Assembly: GCA_020720425.1 (NCBI GenBank)
Contig: DYOP01000001.1
Span: 33,306-97,305 of the forward strand
Source: Bdellovibrio sp.
GTDB taxonomy: Bacteria > Bdellovibrionota > Bdellovibrionia > Bdellovibrionales > Bdellovibrionaceae
Length of the DNA: 64,000 nucleotides
Direction: 5' to 3'
Positions 35,217 to 42,696 of the stretch are shown piece by piece. The position numbers and the translations under genes were made by a program. The number at the start of each line of letters is the position of its first letter. The stretch's first letter is position 1. The notes under the pieces are model-generated. The model made no database searches. It worked only from the letters and a program-made list of their open reading frames with translations, and had not been told where the DNA came from.

Positions 35217-36422
35217 TTAAATAGTACTTAAGATAGCTGAACGGTAACCTATGCCAACAATTCTCTCAAGAGTTTTATTGTTTAAGCTAAAATGATCGGC
35301 AAAAAACATTTCATCATCTTCAGGGCCTGGGTGAATATAGGTCCACTTTGTTTCGGGACGGTAACCTGCCTCGGCTTTAAAAATAGAAGTAATTTTATAT
35401 TGAAGCTCTTTAAGCTCATTTGCCGGAAGAGGGATAAGGCTAATTTGCTTTAAAATACTGTCGTGCAAAACCTTAAGCTGTTTTTTATTATAAATGGCCT
35501 TTTCGATTTTTTGTTGAATTACTTGATAAAGGGCTTGGTTGATAATGACAGGAAGTCCAAAATCATCGAGAGATCCAATTTTAGAAGTATAATGATAAGG
35601 GTGAACTGAGTAACTCGCAACCACATGGGTAGCTCCAAAATCTTCTGCCAAATGGCTTGATAAAGTGTCTCTGATTTCTCCATCAAAATATGAAATTTCT
35701 TTTCCATCAGAGGGCCTTTTTATTTTTTTTGGAGCAAAAAATGGAGGAAGAGCAACCGATGCTGCCACGGCCTGACTAATATTAGCATAGTTAATATACT
35801 TACTCTGACGCGTTTTTGAGCTTTCGCTAAAATGACCAAAAATAGCTTTTCTTGTGTGATTAAGTTGGGTGGCTATAATGTAAAGCTCAACACCAAGGTC
35901 GTGGAACTCATCAATTTCAAGGGCTTGATATTTTAAATACTCTTCAAGAGCTTGGGTGGTAAAAAAACCGTTAAGTTTTAAATTATTTTTTAAAAAGGCT
36001 TCAAGACTTCCAAAGGCGGGTCGCTCTGACTTGACAACCTGCGGCAACGAGGTCAGTACTCCCCAGGTATTAGGTCTAAATAAATTTCTGTATTTAATTT
36101 GAGGAAGGGCCTGGAGGGATTTATTATCGGTTATAATTTTTGAGTATCCAGTCCCCTTATTAAAAGCGTTAATAATAGATTCAGGTGAGTATCCATTAGC
36201 AAGTAATGAAGAAACAAAAGCCCCGGCCGATGAGCCAATATACATTCGAAATTGCTTTTCGTTTTGGGGAGCAAAGCCAAAGCGGGTTTTAAAGCGATCC
36301 CCTCCAACAAAAGTGTAACCCTTTTCTTTAAGTGCTATGCAAACACCTAGATGAAAGGCTGAGGCTTTAATTCCGCCTCCAGATAAAACGAGAGCTGTTT
36401 TATTATTTATTGTTTCTGCCAC
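35217..36422 (-). CDS. patatin-like phospholipase
   Basis: 401 aa, GTG start. Oxyanion LSGGGIKASAF, nucleophile GSSAG, catalytic Asp context YFDGEIRD. Confidence 0.85.
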   Translation of the reverse strand: MAETINNKTALVLSGGGIKASAFHLGVCIALKEKGYTFVGGDRFKTRFGFAPQNEKQFRMYIGSSAGAFVSSLLANGYSPESIINAFNKGTGYSKIITDNKSLQALPQIKYRNLFRPNTWGVLTSLPQVVKSERPAFGSLEAFLKNNLKLNGFFTTQALEEYLKYQALEIDEFHDLGVELYIIATQLNHTRKAIFGHFSESSKTRQSKYINYANISQAVAASVALPPFFAPKKIKRPSDGKEISYFDGEIRDTLSSHLAEDFGATHVVASYSVHPYHYTSKIGSLDDFGLPVIINQALYQVIQQKIEKAIYNKKQLKVLHDSILKQISLIPLPANELKELQYKITSIFKAEAGYRPETKWTYIHPGPEDDEMFFADHFSLNNKTLERIVGIGYRSAILSTI

Positions 36423-36540
36423 AGGCTGTAATCATCAAAAAGGTTTTAAGGCTTGTCAAACTCAATTCTGACGTGAATACCCAGACCTTTAGATAGGTAT
36501 GGGTATTCAAATTGACAAAGTATAAAAAGCAAAATCAAAT

Positions 36541-36957
36541 ATGTTTATGACTACTTACCTATCATTAACCGATTTTGCTGTTAAATATAAAGTGAGTATC
36601 AGTACCCTTCGTCGAAAAATTAAGGCCAATGATTTGGCATTTAAATTTGAAGATGGGCGTTACCTCGTTTGCGACCAGCCTATAAGCATAGAGCAAAAAT
36701 CACATCGTCCCTCCCACCTCCCTCCTGTGAAGTCTCTTTCGTCTGTGCTTGGAATTGCTTCTGTTTTGCCTCAACAGCCATCGTCCCCTCCCAAAGAACA
36801 AGTTATGAGCGAGTTAAAACAGGCTTACTTAGGAATTCTCCAAGAAAAAGAGCAGATGATTTTTGAATTAAGAGAAGAAATTGTTGATTTAAAAATGCTG
36901 GTCCGGGCCCTTGAAGAGCAAAACCAAAAACTCTCTGGCGGCCTTTCACTTTTTTAA
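36541..36957 (+). CDS. hypothetical HTH (excisionase/MerR-like) plus coiled-coil protein
   Basis: 138 aa. N-terminal LSLTDFAVKYKVSISTLRRKIKANDL, Pro/Ser linker, C-terminal heptad-like helix. Divergent from the patatin gene. Confidence 0.5.
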   Translation: MFMTTYLSLTDFAVKYKVSISTLRRKIKANDLAFKFEDGRYLVCDQPISIEQKSHRPSHLPPVKSLSSVLGIASVLPQQPSSPPKEQVMSELKQAYLGILQEKEQMIFELREEIVDLKMLVRALEEQNQKLSGGLSLF

Positions 36958-37136
36958 TAGACTTCTTTCATATTGATTTGTCCTCAAAATGGGGAAATTG
37001 GCTTCAGATCAAGGAATATGGGAAAAAAGGACACGAAAGAATAGTAGAACTATTTTGAGTGCCCTTTTTTTCCTTATGACACAGAGCTGGAGACAATTAC
37101 GCCGCTTTAAGCATAAATCAACATGAAAGAAGTCTA
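36958..37136. repeat. 179-nt imperfect palindrome folding into a rod-like hairpin; candidate structured ncRNA or oversized bidirectional terminator
   Basis: Hand pairing. 36958-36979 pairs with 37136-37115: 22 positions, 1 mismatch. 36980-37010 pairs with 37114-37084: 21 WC, 3 GU, 7 mismatches. An asymmetric internal loop follows. 37020-37034 pairs with 37073-37059 (GGGAAAAAAGG.CAC / GTGCCCTTTTTTTCC). Tip stem 37040-37045/37049-37054 with a 3-nt loop. Confidence 0.6.
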
Positions 37137-37280
37137 ATACCAAGTAGAACCCGTTTTGGCTTAAGCATCATTCGATATGAAATAAATTGATCAAAAAAAA
37201 TTTCGATTAATCGATAGTAATAAAGTCCATTCGATTTCAATTAAAGTTCAATCCCAGTTCAAACACACTTTTGCATTACT

Positions 37281-37318
37281 TGAATCAAATTTGAATCGCT
37301 TCAATCACATCTGAATCA
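37281..37318. repeat. four helically phased TGAATCA-like heptamers
   Basis: TGAATCA 37281-37287, TGAATCG 37292-37298, TCAATCA 37301-37307, TGAATCA 37312-37318, with spacing 11/9/11 nt. Non-coding, between convergent genes. Confidence 0.55.
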
Positions 37319-37351
37319 CGCGAGAATTACGCTTTTCTCAGAGGGGTTTAT

Positions 37352-38029
37352 TTAAAGTTCAATTATTTCTTCTGATTTTTTAGGCTTAAAAACAAACAAA
37401 TCTTTAGGCGGTTTTGCTTGGCAGGTCGTCTTTTTAAATTCTAATGCAGTATTGTTATCAACGTCGTCAGTATAGTCAATGCGGACAAGCTTATTAAGAT
37501 TTGAATCAATCACAATGACTAAATTTTTTACTTCAAAAGTAAATGTAGGCTTTGGTGTTAGTTGATATTCTTTAAGTAAGGCAGATTTCAACGTCGAAGT
37601 TTTTTCGACAATATCAAATGAGCGTACTAATGTTTGATAATCTAAAAGTTGGCTCACTAAAAAAGGAGATTTAGATTTGTTATTTGAAGATCGAGCAATC
37701 TGATAGGGTCTGGGAGATAGCTTATTTTCGTATTGCAAAATCCAATATTGGTTACCGTCATAAATAATGACATCTTTAGGTACAGATAAAGTTTGAAACC
37801 GAAATAAATTTTTAAACCGAAAAAGTTGGGCATCCACAGTTTCTGTAGAGTTTAAAATTTGAGAGTGCGTTTTTTTTATTAGTTCAGATTGACAAAATTT
37901 ATCAGTAGATAAACGCAAAATAGCTTTTTCCAAAGGCTTAAAATGAGCGGGTTTGGCGTTAGCGGATAAATATAAAAAACAAGTCAAAGCCCATGAAAAA
38001 AAAATAAAATATCGGTTTCGAAAAAGCAT
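37352..38029 (-). CDS. hypothetical secreted protein, weakly LolA/LppX-fold-like
   Basis: The track ORF (to 38077) overlaps comF. The internal ATG at 38029 gives MLFRNRYFIFFSWALTCFLYLSANA, a signal peptide. Beta-rich. The family call is weak. Confidence 0.45.
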   Translation of the reverse strand: MLFRNRYFIFFSWALTCFLYLSANAKPAHFKPLEKAILRLSTDKFCQSELIKKTHSQILNSTETVDAQLFRFKNLFRFQTLSVPKDVIIYDGNQYWILQYENKLSPRPYQIARSSNNKSKSPFLVSQLLDYQTLVRSFDIVEKTSTLKSALLKEYQLTPKPTFTFEVKNLVIVIDSNLNKLVRIDYTDDVDNNTALEFKKTTCQAKPPKDLFVFKPKKSEEIIEL

Positions 38030-38036
38030 ATGGTTT

Positions 38037-38741
38037 TTAATGTACACTTGTTTTAACTCGGTAGGCAATGCAAACAATAGGAGGCGAGATAATTTTTAAG
38101 GCCTTAATGCAGGCCAGAGCCGTGGCCCCCGTTGTTACCACATCATCAACAATAACTATCTTAAAATGGCTTTGAAAAAACAAGAGCTCATCGTCTGAAA
38201 TCTTGATTTCAATTTTACGATTAACCCTTTGAAGCTTATTTAGCGATTTCTGACTTATACTAAGATCACTTGAAGACTGTGGAGTTAAGGCTAAAATATC
38301 CGCAGCTTGCCCCCCTAATAGATCGGCCAAACCTTTTGCTAAATCATAGGCCTGATTATGCTTTCTCAGAGTAGGAGCCGGAATAAATAAGAGTGGTTTT
38401 TTAGAGTTTATTTTTGGGTCATTAAAAAGACCCAAATGGCCATACTGAAAAAGCCAGTTTTTAGCCAGCCAATTTGATAGCGAATGATTAACTCCCGATT
38501 TAATTTGATGGATTAAAGGATAAATGAGTGGGTTATTTTCGCGCGACCAGTTTAAAAGAGGATATATATTAAGGGTAAAAGAAGAGGTGTTAATTTTATG
38601 GGGATAGCTGTGAGAATGATTAAAAATAAATTTCCAACATGAGGGGCAATAGGAGTTTTTATTTATCATAAATCTTTGGCAACTTAAACATTGATTAAAA
38701 ATAAAAGGGCGAGATAAATGATCAATAAAAAAATGTTTCAT
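38037..38741 (-). CDS. comF: ComF-family phosphoribosyltransferase-domain protein
   Basis: 234 aa. N-terminal Cys pairs (CLSCQRF...CPSCW). PRTase loop KIVIVDDVVTTGATALAC. Confidence 0.8.
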   Translation of the reverse strand: MKHFFIDHLSRPFIFNQCLSCQRFMINKNSYCPSCWKFIFNHSHSYPHKINTSSFTLNIYPLLNWSRENNPLIYPLIHQIKSGVNHSLSNWLAKNWLFQYGHLGLFNDPKINSKKPLLFIPAPTLRKHNQAYDLAKGLADLLGGQAADILALTPQSSSDLSISQKSLNKLQRVNRKIEIKISDDELLFFQSHFKIVIVDDVVTTGATALACIKALKIISPPIVCIAYRVKTSVH

Positions 38742-38870
38742 AAAATGATAACCTTAAAAGTATTAATTGAGTTGAGGATGAAAAAAGCTTTGCACCGATC
38801 ACTACGAGGAGGCATTTTTTAGCCCCTGAGACCCCCTCAAGGATAAAAATTATTTTTCACTATCGACTCA

Positions 38871-39737
38871 TTAATTTGATATATGGTTTTTAATAAGCAG
38901 GCTGACATACTCCGGAAAATCAAGCTGACAGCAGTGAGAACCATAGGGAATGGTCGTTAGCTGGGCATTATCAATGCAATCTTTAATCTCGATTTGATAT
39001 TTTAAAGGAGTCAGCTTATCAGACTCCCCGCCAACAATTAAAGTGGGAGCTTTAATTTTTGAAGCACTTTTTGTTCCATCAAAACTAATTAAAGACTCAA
39101 AAAGAGGTAAAAAAACTTCTAAGTTTAAATGAGCCACTCCGCGAGCATAAATTTCGACATCTTTTAAATCTGTTAGATTAAGATTAAAGCCCCCGGTAGC
39201 GCCACTTAAAAATATTGCCACAGGATTATCGACCATTTTCCCCCAAAACTCTTGAATCGCTTTGGGATCTTCTTGGTTTAGTTCGTAAAATAAAGGAATC
39301 ATTTTATGAAACCATTTTTTGTTTGTGAAATATCCTAATGGGTTTGTGATAAAACCATTAATTAACGACAGAGAGCGCACGCGATCTGGGTAACGCGAAG
39401 CAAATTCAACGACAATTGGTACGCCCATGCTGTGACCAGCAAAATGCGCCCCGCCCGTTAGTTGTAAATAGGTCGTTAACTCGTAGAGATCTTCTGCTAA
39501 ACCTTCAATGTTAAGCCTTTCAGGCCGACCCCCATGGCTTTTAACATGGCCTCTTAAATCAAAAGTAATCACTCTAAAATGAGTCGAAAGCAATCTGATC
39601 TGGTGGGTCCAGTGGTTTATTAAACAGGCAATGCCATAGACTAAAATTAAAGGCTGACCAGAGCCCCTTATTTCATAGTAGATTTTGGCCCCATCAGAGG
39701 TTAAAAAATAACCTGAACTTAGTTCCACTCGATTCAT
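38871..39737 (-). CDS. alpha/beta-fold hydrolase
   Basis: 288 aa. Nucleophile elbow AGHSMGV. HGG-like N-terminal strand (LILVYGI). C-terminal His (YGSHCCQLDFPE). Confidence 0.8.
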   Translation of the reverse strand: MNRVELSSGYFLTSDGAKIYYEIRGSGQPLILVYGIACLINHWTHQIRLLSTHFRVITFDLRGHVKSHGGRPERLNIEGLAEDLYELTTYLQLTGGAHFAGHSMGVPIVVEFASRYPDRVRSLSLINGFITNPLGYFTNKKWFHKMIPLFYELNQEDPKAIQEFWGKMVDNPVAIFLSGATGGFNLNLTDLKDVEIYARGVAHLNLEVFLPLFESLISFDGTKSASKIKAPTLIVGGESDKLTPLKYQIEIKDCIDNAQLTTIPYGSHCCQLDFPEYVSLLIKNHISN

Positions 39738-40531
39738 AAGCTCATAAACTCCTGATGATTAATAGTTAGCTTTAGGCAGCTTGAACCAAAGCAAAGGGTA
39801 TCGTTGTGATTTAATATGGCCTCAGAGTAAGACTTACCATTAATTAAAACAAGGCTTGAAAATTCAGTCGTAAAAAAGGGTAAGCCGTTAGAGTTTGGAG
39901 AAACAGTAAAAAGATTTTGCGGCGGAAGACCCGAGTCTTTAATCAAAATATCCATAGACTCTGATCCAAAATAACGGGGCCCAAACCCAATGGGAATGAC
40001 TCTGTTATATTCGGGGCCACGGGTGAATTTAAAAATAAGCGGGGGCATAAAGGGCATCGTGATTTGAGAGCTTTGAGAATGATAATGGGGGGATAAGGCA
40101 GAAAGGGCCAAAAGTAACTTGTCCTGCCAAGAAAGTATTTTAATTTCATCAGAATTTAAACCCTCTGACGAATTTATAACTTTTAAAGAGTCTAACCCCT
40201 CAGAAGTCGATTTTAAATAAATAGTGGCTTTGGTTGGGTCAAACTCGACAACTTCGATCAGAGAAGCTCCGAGTTGAAATTTAATCCCGGGCAAAAGCGC
40301 TAATTTTTCTACGCGGGTTCCTTGAAATAAAATTTTATTATTAGACCCCTTATCAACTAAAACAAAAGCGCCCTTGGGATGTTTAGCTACTTGAGCGTGT
40401 AGAGCCGAAACTAAAGGATCGGGCAATATAAGCTCCCCACGACTACGACCAATTCGTAACCCCGTTCGAATTTCGATGGTTTGATCTTTTAATGGCCCCG
40501 ATAAAAATAATAACCCTAAGGACTGTGTCAT
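39734..40531 (-). CDS. tandem FHA-domain protein
   Basis: 265 aa. N-terminal FHA (LRIGRSRGELILPDPLVSALHAQV...VLVDKGSNNKILFQG). A second FHA-like module (FGSESMDILIKD...VLINGKSYSEAILNHNDTLCFG). The stop overlaps the hydrolase start by 4 nt. Confidence 0.75.
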   Translation of the reverse strand: MTQSLGLLFLSGPLKDQTIEIRTGLRIGRSRGELILPDPLVSALHAQVAKHPKGAFVLVDKGSNNKILFQGTRVEKLALLPGIKFQLGASLIEVVEFDPTKATIYLKSTSEGLDSLKVINSSEGLNSDEIKILSWQDKLLLALSALSPHYHSQSSQITMPFMPPLIFKFTRGPEYNRVIPIGFGPRYFGSESMDILIKDSGLPPQNLFTVSPNSNGLPFFTTEFSSLVLINGKSYSEAILNHNDTLCFGSSCLKLTINHQEFMSL

Positions 40532-40685
40532 TTAGATGTATTTTAATCGGAATGCTCATATATAACAAATAGAACAATAGAAATGGTTGAGTCTAGTTTT
40601 TAGATATGATAGGACCTTAACATTCAAATTATAAACCTTGCTCATATATAAAATAAAAATGGGCCAAAGTCCAAAAGGAGTATCC

Positions 40686-41129
40686 ATGCAAGCCGAGATT
40701 GTACCCGCATCAAAAAGACTAAAATCATACGAGGTTGTCGTTATTGTAAGTCCACAAGCAACCGTTGATCAGCAAAAAGAAGTATTCCAAAAAAACAAAG
40801 CTATTATCGAATCTTTTGGAGGTTCAATTTTTTCTTTAGAAACTTGGGGCCGAAGAACTTTGGCTAATCCTATTGAAAAACATAAGGTGGGTGTTTATTT
40901 TCACATGATGTATCAAGCGCAACCTGCGGCTGTGGCTGAGATTGAGCGTATTATGCGCATTAGCGACCATGTTATTCGTTTTTTACATATCGCTCTAGAT
41001 CCCCGAGCCCCCATGGCTGAGCATAAAGAAGTATTTACTAGTGCATTAAAAGAAACTCAAGAACGCGAAAAAGAGCGTGAGGCTCGCATGCAGGCTCGAA
41101 AAGCAGCTATGGCTGCCGATAGGGGCTAA
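40686..41129 (+). CDS. rpsF: 30S ribosomal protein S6
   Basis: YEVVVIVSP..., ETWGRRTLANPI, YFHMMY. ATG at 40686 follows AAAGGAG; the track ORF starts at an upstream TTG. Basic/acidic C-terminal tail. Confidence 0.92.
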   Translation: MQAEIVPASKRLKSYEVVVIVSPQATVDQQKEVFQKNKAIIESFGGSIFSLETWGRRTLANPIEKHKVGVYFHMMYQAQPAAVAEIERIMRISDHVIRFLHIALDPRAPMAEHKEVFTSALKETQEREKEREARMQARKAAMAADRG

Positions 41130-41135
41130 TCATTA

Positions 41136-42083
41136 ATGGCTGAAATTTTTTCGGGCATTAAAAAAAATAATTTAGGGCGATTTAAAATCGCCCTTCTTTT
41201 TTTATTATCTCAAATGGTAACTTTTTTCTTTTCTTTTTTGGGCGCGCCATTACTTAGGGTGCTCTACCGATCTCAACCAAGGATAATAAGTCTAATTTTT
41301 TTGCTACTTTGGTCATTGGGGTTTTTCTACCCCCCACTCATCCCCGTAGCTTCTTTGATGCTTTTAATTTGGTTACCTATTATTTTGACTCAAGAGTTTG
41401 AAACTCAATTGGGCTGGGAAAATCGTTATATAAACATGTTTGTCTCATCTCTTTTAGGGGCTTTGGTAACCTTAGTGTATGGTTATATCGCTTTAAAATA
41501 TCAAAAAATAGATGCGATCACTTTTGTTGATCAACTTTTTGTAGAGGCTTTTGGTCAGGTGCAAAAATCAGAAGTTAGCAAAAATTCATTTTGGCTTGAA
41601 GCTTTTAACCTTGATAGCCAGGTTATTTATAGGGTTTTACCCTCGGTATTTTTTTTAATATCCCTAAGCCATGTTGTGTTTGCTTATGTTTTAGATTCAA
41701 AAGCCGCGCGTGTTTTGGGGATAGCCTATTTAGAAACCGCCCATAAACCTAAATTTTTAGCATTTAAAAGTCCCGACTTGGTTATTTGGGCCTTTCTTGT
41801 TTCGTTTCTTCTTAGCTTTTATAAAGGGGTTAATGTCGATCTTAGATGGACGGCTATAAATATCCTTTTAATGGTGACGGGAGTTTTGTTTTTTCATGGT
41901 TTGGCTGTGTTTGAGTATATATTGTATCTATTTCGGGCTGGACTTTTTATAAGAATATTGGTTTATGTTCTACTTGTAGGTCAGATGTTTTATGTGCTAG
42001 TTTTTTTAGCCTTAGCTGATTATTGGTTGGATATTAGATTAAAATTAACTAAGTATTTACGAGATAAAAAAACAAAAGAATAA
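41136..42083 (+). CDS. polytopic membrane protein, positionally equivalent to YybS/DUF2232
   Basis: 315 aa with about 8 TM segments. Lies between rpsF and rplI, where Firmicutes carry yybS. The family assignment comes from context and topology only. Confidence 0.4.
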   Translation: MAEIFSGIKKNNLGRFKIALLFLLSQMVTFFFSFLGAPLLRVLYRSQPRIISLIFLLLWSLGFFYPPLIPVASLMLLIWLPIILTQEFETQLGWENRYINMFVSSLLGALVTLVYGYIALKYQKIDAITFVDQLFVEAFGQVQKSEVSKNSFWLEAFNLDSQVIYRVLPSVFFLISLSHVVFAYVLDSKAARVLGIAYLETAHKPKFLAFKSPDLVIWAFLVSFLLSFYKGVNVDLRWTAINILLMVTGVLFFHGLAVFEYILYLFRAGLFIRILVYVLLVGQMFYVLVFLALADYWLDIRLKLTKYLRDKKTKE

Positions 42084-42231
42084 GGAAAAAAAATTAGAAA
42101 CATAATTGAGTTACGCAACAGATGAGAAATGAGTGACTCAATAAAAAAACTGATGAGTTAAGTGGCCGAGTGGCAAAAAACAGGGCCTTCGGTTTTTCGA
42201 ATAAAAACAAAAAGGTTAAAGGAGAAGACAT

Positions 42232-42684
42232 ATGAAAGTCATACTAAATAAAGATGTTAAAAATGTGGGAAAAGCTGGGGATATCGTTCAAGTTAAAGAT
42301 GGTTTTGGACGAAATTTTTTAATCCCCAAAAAATTAGCTGAAATGGCAACTCAAGGTAAAGCCAAGTACTGGGATCACCTTAAGCTAGTTATCGAGGCCC
42401 GAAAGAAAAAGGCACTCGAAGAAAGAAAAGCTTTATTGGCCAAGCTTTCTGGTCACTCTGTTGTTTTTACAGCTTCAACGGCTCCTAATTCAGAAAAAAT
42501 ATTTGGATCAATTACAAATGCAGATATTTCAAAAAAGCTCGAAGAAGAGGGTTTTCAAGTTGATAGACGAGATGTCTATATGGAAGATCATATCAAAGCT
42601 CTTGGTAACTATAGAGCCGTGATTAAATTTTCCGAAGGTCTTGAGTCAGAACTTCAAATTGTTGTCGAAAGAGCGCACGCTTAA
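42232..42684 (+). CDS. rplI: 50S ribosomal protein L9
   Basis: MKVILNKDVKNVGKAGDIVQVKDGFGRNFLIPKKLA is the canonical L9 N-terminus. Confidence 0.95.
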   Translation: MKVILNKDVKNVGKAGDIVQVKDGFGRNFLIPKKLAEMATQGKAKYWDHLKLVIEARKKKALEERKALLAKLSGHSVVFTASTAPNSEKIFGSITNADISKKLEEEGFQVDRRDVYMEDHIKALGNYRAVIKFSEGLESELQIVVERAHA

Positions 42685-42696
42685 TTTTATTAAGCT

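Noticed and set aside
35217-36422. Patatin as a CBASS (CapV-like) or other defence effector.
   Set aside because: There is no cyclase, E1/E2/JAB, sensor or other defence gene adjacent. The neighbours are a TerC-like membrane protein and mgsA.
36958-37136. The palindrome as an IS element or MITE.
   Set aside because: Not rejected outright. There is no transposase ORF, I saw no second copy in this window, and the flanking TA dinucleotides are themselves part of the palindrome. Mobile origin cannot be shown from this window alone and is kept as an alternative in the finding.
42084-42231. The string GTGGCCGAGTGGC in the rplI leader, which looked tRNA D-arm-like.
   Set aside because: No acceptor stem, anticodon arm or T-arm can be drawn around it.
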